Assembly (NCBI GenBank): GCA_024626585.2 | Contig: JANKJI020000004.1 | Location: forward strand, 37,280,310-37,301,816 | Length of the DNA stretch: 21,507 bases | Source: Ginkgo biloba | Lineage: Eukaryota > Plantae > Ginkgophyta | Reading direction: 5' to 3' | Part shown: positions 12,026-21,507 of the stretch, piece by piece | Layout of the letters: each line of letters begins with the position of its first letter | Position numbering within the stretch: the first letter of the stretch is position 1 | The notes under the pieces: generated by a model | The model's database searches: none | The model's input: the letters and a program-made list of their open reading frames with translations, nothing else | What the model was told of the DNA's origin: nothing | Program-made: the position numbers and the translations under genes

Positions 12026-12286
12026 CCCTAATCCTGTTAGTAGGATCCAAATGCTATGAGAAACATTATATGCCTGAGAATTGAAAGGAATAAACATGGA
12101 TTGATGATTCATACATAGCAATGGGGCCCTGTAGTGTATTCTGTCCCAGCGTGCTTCCTCCTCCCAGACAAATCGGTCTAGGCAACAAGCACACTTACTG
12201 TGGGCCTCTGTGGAATCAATACCAACATGGCATTGGGCATTGGTCATCTAATATTGGCAAGGCCAGAGAAAATCTAGACATGTAAT

Positions 12287-12540
12287 CGAAGAAGTTAGGC
12301 ATGAAAGACGCTAGGAATCCGCAGTTTTGATCAAATGGGAGAGCAGGAGAAGAGCCACCACGCGGCACTGTGTTTCTGCCACGAAGAAGACGATTGATTC
12401 GCAGTCATTACAGCTAATCTATTCTCCTCGTTCACTCCGTCCTCCCAATCTCTGCTTGCATTAAGCCCCCCCAATCTCTCTAAAGCTCCTCACCTCTCCT
12501 CTGCAGTTTGAATTTAAATTACCCTTATCCTCCTCTCAAA
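12287..12540 (-). promoter_or_regulatory. Probable promoter/5' regulatory region of the ZFP gene (CpG-retaining, CT/GA-rich)
   Basis: There are 10 CpG dinucleotides in 12287-12440, whereas CpG is scarce in the flanking TE-derived DNA. CT-rich tracts follow at 12420-12540. The region lies 0.3-0.6 kb upstream of the start codon. Confidence 0.45.
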
Positions 12541-14694
12541 CATGGCGCACAAAACTAGTCGTTACAAAACCCAATTTTACAAAAAAAAATAACATGAGCC
12601 TACCTTTATCTTCCACGCTGTGCCACATCCAAACAACTCTTTCTTTTATTAAAGTATCTTGTGATTAAATAATGGCACAAACGACATTGTACTATATTCT
12701 AATATATATATGTTTCCATAGGACTTTATTTTTCTTGTAGATTGATATGAACCTCCTTACTACACTATCTTTCCCTAAATGTGCCTTCAAGCCCTTGGGA
12801 AAACATGTATTTTTCCAATATGGCGTTGAAACCTATCATATTCCCACATCATACCTTACCCCCTCTCTTGATTGTTGAACCCCTTTTCTCCTATTGCATT
12901 CTCCCAAACTAGGGACCACTCTCAAGTCTTGTTTTCTCCTCAACGTAATTTACTCGGGGTTGCACGTGATCATGTCGCAGTGATGGGTTTACTTTCTATG
13001 ACCTTAGACACATACTGCGGATTGTTATATGGTAGAAGAGTATGCTCAAAATATATTTATTTGATTAATAATTTTTTAAAATTATATACAATTATGTATA
13101 ATGGGGTTAAAGGTTTTTTTTTAGAGTTAATGCTGTATGTACAAACTAGGCTTTGGAAAAAATTCCATCTCTTTTAAATTAAGATTTTCTCGTGTATTAA
13201 AAAGTAAATATAAAGGATAAAGAGAAGATATGTTGATCATGATATTTTTAGGAATCAATTTATAAAGAGGAAATATTAGTTGATGGGGGTTTATTACCAT
13301 GATTATATATTCTTAAATCCCTTTATTAGGTTAAACTGAAAGTAGTAGGATCCCTAAAACTAGAACTCCATATATTCTAAGAATCTTATAATGTTTTTTA
13401 TTCTATATCAACATTTAGATTTGGAAGTATGTATTTTTGTGTTTGAAAGATTAATACATTTAGGTAATAGTGTTATTTTTATTATAAACTAATGTTTCCT
13501 AGTATTATAATTTATTTGGACTTATTAACAACACTTTATTTATGTCCAATTATGAGGGATATGNNNNNNNNNNNNNNNNNNNNNNNNNNNNNNNNNNNNN
13601 NNNNNNNNNNNNNNNNNNNNNNNNNNNNNNNNNNNNNNNNNNNNNNNNNNNNNNNNNNNNNNNNNNNNNNNNNNNNNNNNNNNNNNNNNNNNNNNNTTGT
13701 CTTGTTGGCAAATTTCTCTTCATCAAGGTGGCAGCTCCAAGTACACACCAACATCTACCAAACATTAAATGTATATATACATGTATGAGTTTCTCTTAAT
13801 ATTTTTTAACCATGGCTCTATATCATGTCACTCTGTAAAAATTTCACACTCTTTCATATTGACACATCATTGCTCGACACTCTTATAGAGTTTACCTATA
13901 GAAACATAGTTAACTCCCATAATAATATGTAATCACACAAGTTTATTAGGCCTACATTGACATTTTTTGAGACGACGCCATGGTCTAAAATAGAAGATAC
14001 GTAAATGCTTTCTATAATGTAATTATAAGTAATACATAAACATATATAATGTAGCAAAACATAAATACCAAAATGCAATGTACTAGATTGGTTTAATATC
14101 ATTGAAGGAAAAAAAAGGTTTTTATTTTTGTATAACAAAATTTCTATCTTTTTCAATAGTATTGATGATTAATATATATTAAATATATATAAGTCTAAGT
14201 ATGCTTAAGTCATAAATAGTCTTTGTTTTAAAGAAATATTTATTTAGAATATAGTATATAGTTGTATATAATACAACAACATTTTAATAAATGGATGATA
14301 CTTGTAAACTAATTTGAATTAGTACCTAAAGATATATTTTTGATAAATTCATACTTACCTTTTTAATGATACTATGATAAAATGGACTCATAGAAATGTT
14401 TCTAACATTGTTAACATAATTTTTTTCCACAATGCTAATATGTCTAAAAATATGGCTATGGATGTTATGAAGAGAACATTGTAATGCAATGCTTGAATAT
14501 TACACTACTATGACCTACCATTTTAATATGATACATTGTCTATAATGCAAACAAATCAATGTGGTGATCGAGTGACATTATAGAGAAATATTAAAATATT
14601 GTGTGGTAATAAAAGTTGTTGCTTTGTACAATATTACTATGGTGTATTATAGGTTAAGAAGTTGTTAGGTTAATGTCTCATTTTGAGACAAATA

Positions 14695-14932
14695 TGTGGA
14701 GTTCATTAATTAAATAGATATAACAAGTGAAACATGTGGAGTAAGGTGTCATCAACATGGGTATGCATTGTAAGTTCATGCAACATCCATTACTCATATG
14801 TACTTGTATAAATACACTTGCTTTTTAATGAGAAGAAAGGAAGGCTGACTCCATTATGCATTGTGTGTTATTATGGTGGCCTTGTATTTGTATATGACTC
14901 TGTGTATCTCTCCTTCACAATGGTATAAGAAC
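14695..14932 (+). mobile_element. Probable LTR 3' portion with adjacent tRNA-iMet primer-binding site
   Basis: ...TTCACA (CA at 14918-14919), one spacer base, then TGGTATAAGAAC (14921-14932), a 10/12 match to the PBS consensus TGGTATCAGAGC. A TATA-like TGTATAAATA lies about 110 bp upstream. The left boundary is a guess. Confidence 0.45.
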
Positions 14933-15790
14933 TTGTATTTTGTGTCATGGATCTCTTTGGCCTCCCTTTATTACTCGTCTTATTGGTGCAAGTTAGATGG
15001 CCTTCATTTTTATAAGACACTATTTTTGTAATGTTTTTATCCCGGNNNNNNNNNNNNNNNNNNNNNNNNNNNNNNNNNNNNNNNNNNNNNNNNNNNNNNN
15101 NNNNNNNNNNNNNNNNNNNNNNNNNNNNNNNNNNNNNNNNNNNNNGCTTTATGGGATGGGTTTACCATGGAATTATATATCATCAGTCAACAACCTTCAA
15201 TGCTAAAACTTATAAAGAATCCATAAAATATTGATAAGTGAGATAATTGCTTGTCACTCTAGCCCATGAATCCCACTGCCCTCCTTGAACCACCTCATCT
15301 TTTATTGTTCCATAGTTGTGTGTAAAGTTTTTCACAGTTGTAAATGTTAGATGTAGTTCACATATACAATAGGAAGCCTATGCAATATCCGAACATGTTG
15401 ATCCAAGATGGGGGATCATATGATTTTTTGATGGTTTTTTGAAGAAGGTATATTTGGGGTTGTAGGTGCAAAGAGCCACGATGTGTGGTCATTGTAGTGA
15501 TTGCATCGCATAGGAGAATAAAAATTAAAATGTAGAGGTGAAAAATTATAGTACAAGTTGTAAAAGTATCCATAGAGGTCATGTTCATATAGGCCTATGA
15601 ACACACAACACATAGAAGAATCAATGTGGCGAGGTATGTAGGTGATGTCTACAACAAGGTATAGGGAGAATAATATTTTTTTTATAAAGCCAATTTGGAA
15701 AAATGAAAAAATAATTACTGTGTAATCCCCTTTTAAATATGCACCTAATGTTATTATTAGTATTAATTCATCATAAATTTCTTCTACTTA

Positions 15791-16162
15791 CACATTCTCT
15801 ATTCTTGATAGATGATCTACTCCCACATGTAACTTCCTAGGTTTCAAGAATATTTTTAAATAATATTCTTGTAATAGAATGATCCATCTACTTAACCTTC
15901 CTTATTAAATAGGCTTATTGATGATTTATTTGAGTTCTTGATGATCTGCATAGAACTCAAATTTATTTTCCAACAAATAATGTCATAAATTTTATATGGA
16001 ATAAATCATTCCTAATACTTCACTGTCTATTATGGAATAATTCATTTTAGCTATACATAATTTTCTTCTTGCAAAATAAATGGGATGATCAATCTTCCCA
16101 GCTCCTAGATGAGCTATAATTGATCTAATAGCAATAGATAAAGCATCAACATGTATATGAAA
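15791..16162 (-). mobile_element. Degenerate Ty3/gypsy RNase H domain (DHLSR type)
   Basis: Single-frame translation: FHIHVDALSIAIRSIIAHLGAGKIDHPIYFARRKLCIAKMNYSIIDSEVLGMIYSI*NL*HYLLENKFEFYADHQELK*IINKPI**GRLSRWIILLQEYYLKIFLKPRKLHVGVDHLSRIENV. This follows the gypsy RNase H consensus throughout, with 5 in-frame stops. Confidence 0.9.
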
Positions 16163-17976
16163 TANNNNNNNNNNNNNNNNNNNNNNNNNNNNNNNNNNNN
16201 NNNNNNNNNNNNNNNNNNNNNNNNNNNNNNNNNNNNNNNNNNNNNNNNNNNNNNNNNNNNNNNNCCATTCCTCTTATTCCTTCCTTCCTTGTAAAGAAAA
16301 TTTTATTTGAGGAAAATATAAATAGTGTCACCCATATTGTCTGCCACCCCAAATCATTACACCTTTAGACTCCATTTCCTCACTCTTCTTCATCCCTCAG
16401 AGTTACCCATTTATAAAAAAAATTGACCATCATCCCCCTAAGTTTTTAGTAGCATCCGAGTGATCCATAAATTAATTTTCAAAATCCATACTATCACANN
16501 NNNNNNNNNNNNNNNNNNNNNNNNGATAGGGAAAATATGGACATTCCCCAAGTGGATATAGTAAGTACAATCTATCAAATGAATCCTTGAGAATAATGTG
16601 CCCTCCCTCTATTTATAAAACACCTAGTGAGGCTTGCCTCATCTAAGAGGTGAAGGAGGACCAGGGTTGGATTACTTATATTCTAATTTGATGTATGTTC
16701 TTTATTTATCTTCCTGATCACTTTCTTTCTTTTTGAAAGAGTCACTAAAAATTTATCTCTTAGGAGTTAGATACATTCCTACCAAAATTAGGAGAAGTTT
16801 GCGTCACCCAGGATGGGTGTAGTATAAAATTTTCTATCTCCTAGCAAGATGAAAGTACTCCTAGAATGTCCAAGAAAGCAAGGAGAGACGAAGAACATAC
16901 TTGATGAGCATGGGATCCACTAGATCTCTTAAAATTGATAAGGTACATTTTCTAAAGGTAAATAAGGGAGGAACCTCCTAGCAAGCTCAATAAATCCTAA
17001 CATATCTAGGAGAGTCATAGTAGACCAGGAATCAAGTTGGTATCAAATAAGAACTATATCTAGGGATATATTCCCTTCCTAGCCCTCTAAGGAGTCTCTT
17101 TGCCTCCTAGGATATCTTGCTTGATAAAAAAGCTACTATTGCATTTTGAGCGTACTTCCCACCAACTTAGCTAATCAATGTATAAAAACAAAGTAAGAGG
17201 TTATGAGGTGGAAGTGCACTTATGGAAAGTTATGGTGGGGATTAATGATCTATCTTATAATTTCTTAAAGTGGCACATGTGGTTTCTCCTCGCAGGATGT
17301 ATAAGATAATCGATGACAAATAAGGGAAAAACACATGGCAAAAAATTATATGGATCATCCTTAAAGAATGAGAATAGTTAATTCCATTTTATTTGGTAAT
17401 CTCATCCTTTTATCCTATTTTGACAGTTCAAATATTGTTTCTTCCCTAACACTAATCCTTTTGATCTTCTAAGTCTATAAGGATTAAAGGGTTTCTAGAG
17501 AACAGTTAGTCCAAGCAGTTGTGATTCACTAGAGGGACCATTCTCGTAATAATGGTTATGCGATCCTTTTGGATAACATAGGTTGTGAAAGGTAATTTGG
17601 ATCCATATGATCATAGGTGGGATAAATTCTTAGCTATATATGGTAATGAGAAACATTGCTTAGAGATGGCTCTATTATTGTAGTATGGTATGGTTGAATA
17701 TGCAACAGACCCTATGCACTATCTACCATACACCATCACAGTGGAGATACTATGATAATTTAAAGATAATTCCTTATGGATCCCGGATAAGATAATCAAA
17801 GTGATCAAAGAGCTAATCCATCATGTTACCAGGATTTCCCTCTCANNNNNNNNNNNNNNNNNNNNNNNNNNNNNNNNNNNNNNNNNNNNNNNNNNNNNNN
17901 NNNNNNNNNNNNNNNNNNNNNNNNNNNNNNNNNNNNNNNNNNNNNAAATAATTAAAATATTATTAACTTATGAAAA

Positions 17977-18610
17977 TCTGGATAATGCATCAATGACTAT
18001 ATTCTCCTTTCCTACTTTATAGATCAATTTAGTATTGAATTCTTCAAATATCATAGCCCACCTATACTACCTAGACCCCAAATGAGTCTTGGGCGAAAGA
18101 ACAACAAAGGGTTATGATCTGTCACAACATCAAAATCATTATTCTTCAAATAACACTTAAAAATATTAATTGCAAGAACAACCACTATAATATTTTGATC
18201 ATAAATAAGGTACATTTATTTTGTTTTGTTCATCTTCCTACTCTCATAAGCCACAACCTTACCATCTTGTGTAAAAGTTATTCTAGTTGTAACCCCATTG
18301 ACATCAATAAAGATGGTGAAAGGCCTTTTAANNNNNNNNNNNNNNNNNNNNNNNNNNNNNNNNNNNNNNNNNNNNTTTAGCAAGTTAAAACTTGCTTCAC
18401 ATCTCTTGATCCATTCAAATCGTTTGGATTTCTTTAACAACTTTATGAGTGGTGCTGCCAACTTTAAAAAGTTCAACATAAATCTATGGAAAAAGCTAGC
18501 TAATCCAAGAAATTTCTCATCTCATGGATACTAACTAGATTCTTTCACTTACGAACCACTTTAACCTTCTTTGGATCAATTATCATCCCTTGAGTCAAAA
18601 TTATATACCT
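17977..18610 (-). mobile_element. Degenerate Ty3/gypsy reverse transcriptase C-terminus and RNase H (DALSR type)
   Basis: YIILTQGMIIDPKKVKVVRK*KNLVSIHEMRNF/GLASFFHRFMLNFLKLAAPLIKLLKKSKRFEW...KRPFTIFIDVNG...QDGKVVAYESRKMN...YDQNIIVVVLAINIFKCYLKNNDFDVVTDHNPLLFF...RWAMIFEEFNTKLIYKVGKENIVIDALSR, with frameshifts and stops. Confidence 0.9.
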
Positions 18611-20059
18611 TGATGTATCGTTGCCCCTTTTGTTGTGCATGCGAAAGTGTGTAGGTGAGCAATACTCAAAAGTTTGCCTCAAAATCTATCCACATGGAGG
18701 ATGTCGCATCTTTGTTTGACTGTAAATGGTCATACTGTATTGTGTATGGAAAGTGATATTCTTAGAATATTCAATCTTTCGGCCCTCTGTCATACAGCAT
18801 GCCTTTTTCCAAGTGACGTGCCTTTCCCTAGGTACACCACGCCTTTTTTTTCTCATCCTCATAGGTTTTTCCTATGACACCATAACTTTTTCCTACACAG
18901 TCAAACTTGAGAAAGAATCTTTAGCACATTTAGTCGGGACACGTGGATGTATGCAAAATACCAACACATAAATAAAGAATCTAAAAAATTAATATGGATA
19001 GAATGTAGGATAGATTTTACTATCAAATCTCTTAGTCTTATAAAATACAAGATGAGATCTCATACAAGTTGGTTTGTGCACAAGTGTATGAAGTAGTGTT
19101 TTGTCTCATGTCCTACATCTAATTATATAAATTAGTCTAGGAAGAGGACCATTAACATCGGTCATATCTCCCCAAAGGGATGTGTTCCTTAACATATGAG
19201 AGATAACCTAGAATAATCATATACAACTTCTAATTATACCTATTAAGGATAAAAATATATATAAATATACCACCCACTCATAAATTATCCTATAATTCTA
19301 TTATTTTCACATGGTTTGATAGTGGGATAATTTAATAAACAAATTACACCCTTATAAATATTGGTCTAAACTAGAAGAGACCAAGAAATATTGAACTAGG
19401 TTTTTTTTCATAAACTTTATTAGGATGTCTTTATGTCATGGGGAAGGAAAAATACATTTGTGGACTAATTAATACATTTTTTTTATATATATCAAATAAA
19501 ACTTGTATGAAAAACTAGAATTGTTTGGAAGATAGTAGAAAAAATGAGTAAAAAGTGAAAACAACAAGTAATATCTATAAATAATAGACATTTTGATTAT
19601 GACATAAAATATAAAGATATAAATAAATTCTAAAACTAATAAAAAACCTTAATATAACTATAAATAAATAGTAATTATGAATCTCACTATGTAGGAATAA
19701 TGGGCAAAAAACTTTCAAAATTATAAAAAACTTAAGCCACCAAAAGGGCACATGCAAAAGCATACACATAGAAAAATCATTATACATAGAAAAATGTGAT
19801 ACACAGTACAAAAAAATGCAATAGATATAATAAAAAATATGAGGGAAAAAAATTGATAATAAAAAATGAATTAATGTTCAATAGAGGATCAAATAAGTTT
19901 TTTTTTTTAAATAGATCAATTAAAATATGCCAAGATTAATTAAAAAAATGNNNNNNNNNNNNNNNNNNNNNNNNNNNNNNNNNNNNNNNNNNNNNNNNNN
20001 NNNNNNNNNNNNNNNNNNNNNNNNNNNNNNNNNNNNNNNNNNNNNNNNNNAACAAACTT

Positions 20060-20560
20060 TTATCAACCCCAAAATGATTCGACAGATTAAAACGCCAAAT
20101 GAGGCAAACACTAACCTGTTAAACTTCAAACACCACACTTAAACACCAAAATGTTAGTAACTCGAAAAAAAAGTTTAAAAAATAAAATATTTATCGGAAC
20201 AAGATATATGATTACTTCTAGTTCAACAGAAATGTGCTTCAATGAGACATTCAATGCTGGAACCATGGTTGAAAAATGGGCAGCCGAAGACTGTGTCAGG
20301 TTTTTCCATCCTTTTCTTTGGTGGCGGCTTGCCTGAAGACTTCCTCTTTCTCATCTCAAGACACAGGTCTTCTATTCTTTATGTGTAAATGAAATGATGG
20401 TCCAACGTTCAATGTTCACATTTTTGCTATTGGGGTAAATCTCTGTAAAAAAATTAAAAAAAATTGCCAAACGTCAACATGATAAACAACGATGCCAATC
20501 TTCAAACATTTGGGGGCAAAATGACAAATGCCAAAACTGTGGGGTGAAATGCCAAAAATC
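20060..20560. mobile_element. Degenerate foldback / Mutator-like MITE
   Basis: Nested inverted matches are centred near 20330: GAAGACTGTGTC (20286) with GACACAgGTCTTC (20360), and acattcaatgctggaaccat (about 20247-20266) with the reverse complement of atggtccaacgttcaatgt (about 20397-20415). There is a weaker outer match, ccccaaaatgattcgacagatt with the reverse complement of aatcttcaaacatttggggg. The right end has repeated GGGG..AAATG(C/A)CAAA motifs ending ...AAAAATCC. Confidence 0.4.
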
Positions 20561-20670
20561 CTAATCGATAAAACGCGATGATAATAATGATTAGTGTGCA
20601 GGAATACAGAGTATCAGGTCATTTGGCATAAGAGTTACAGGCGTATTAGGAAAATGATTGGCATGCAGGG

Positions 20671-20880
20671 ATGAAGGCATTTTTAAGAATGGTGAATTTA
20701 CAGTTGGAGAGAAAAAAAAAATTGAGAGGACTTTATTTGATCTTTGTAGTTGCTTTTGTTCTCTCTGTGTCTCATTGTGCAATGCTGCCCACAGCTCAAA
20801 CGTTAAACCATGAATGTCAAACCAATGGGATGAGATTGATGTTAGGAGAGGGCCAAAAATTATTCATGTCCTCACTGTAG
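20671..20880 (+). CDS. Candidate small secreted peptide precursor, or first exon of a secreted protein (69 aa)
   Basis: Basic n-region RKKKLR, hydrophobic LYLIFVVAFVLSV and a small-residue cleavage region SHC/A. No known mature-peptide motif was recognised. Confidence 0.3.
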   Translation: MKAFLRMVNLQLERKKKLRGLYLIFVVAFVLSVSHCAMLPTAQTLNHECQTNGMRLMLGEGQKLFMSSL

Positions 20881-21507
20881 GAAAGATGTTACTCTCCAGC
20901 CACAACAATCCTAAACTTCTCACAAGATTCAAATCACCCTAATGAAGAAACCTTAACCTGCGACCGATAATCATGAAGAAAATATGTTTGCATTCTTAAG
21001 GGCGACATTAGAACATGCACAAGCTCTTTTACACTCTACCTTATCCCTCTGCATCAATTCATGGGTTCAAATATCCCACACATTACTTTAAGAAGCGAAT
21101 CAAAATTCTGAGCAAAGAATGGCAAAAATATAAGAAGATGCACTCCAATTCTTATAGCGTGTTCGAGAAGAGCATGAGTTTTTTTTTTTATTAAACAACT
21201 TAGGCAAGAACACAAAAAAGAGAAACATACGTGCCATACTAAATACAACGAGAAGATGAAGAAACTGCAACAACAATTTGAAAAAGAATAAAAAGATCAA
21301 TATACAAAGCATGTGACAGCAAAATCAGGGGATAGAGAAACACGTGACTGTGGAAATAAATTATTTTTGACAAAAAATTTGATTAATAGCAAAATAAGAC
21401 ACTACGTAGAAATATAAATGCTATCTCTAAACACATACTATGAAACAATGGAAAAAATAGTTACAAATCTAAATTAAACAACAAGCACCCTAGATCCATA
21501 TCACCTA

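Noticed and set aside
11999-12247. 82-aa ORF upstream of the ZFP
   Set aside because: It has no recognisable domain and runs through an (AT)n repeat. It is most likely promoter or leader sequence.
15582-15603. Hairpin TGTTCATA-taggcc-TATGAACA
   Set aside because: It is a short AT-rich inverted repeat in decayed repeat DNA, within chance expectation for a window this size.
15791-18610. Single Tat-like element with two RNase H domains
   Set aside because: Both domains are retroelement-type with different lineage signatures. Neither looks like the additional archaeal-type RNase H, and no integrase was found.
1934-20142. Many ORFs containing X runs, and F/I/L-rich short ORFs
   Set aside because: These are artefacts of N masking and AT-rich composition, apart from those assigned above to retroelements.
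20281-20336. Fragments resembling miR169 (CAGCC..., CTTGCCTG)
   Set aside because: The two pieces are not contiguous and do not form a 21-nt match or a miRNA/miRNA* duplex.

Overview
AT-rich eukaryotic genomic DNA from a land plant (the retroelement motifs suggest a gymnosperm-like genome, by inference), interrupted by many short N runs that look like hard masking. The only clearly recognisable host gene is a minus-strand, single-finger QALGGH C2H2 zinc-finger repressor of the GIS3/ZFP6 type (about 11959->10732), with an N-terminal KLFGF motif and a C-terminal EAR motif (LDLHLGL). It is split by a +1 frameshift at about 11465-11472, just upstream of the finger, so the finger appears in none of the supplied ORFs. 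Explanations include an assembly error, a young pseudogene, a cryptic intron or, speculatively, stop-codon +1 recoding. The flanks hold decayed Ty3/gypsy fragments (gag/protease about 1.56-2.66 kb; two different RNase H-containing pieces at 15.8-16.2 kb and 18.0-18.6 kb), an LTR end with a PBS at about 14.9 kb, and a degenerate foldback/MITE-like element at about 20.1-20.6 kb. That element is followed by a 69-codon ORF with a plausible signal peptide. I saw no rRNA, tRNA or CRISPR features. All homology calls come from motif recognition by eye, not database searches.
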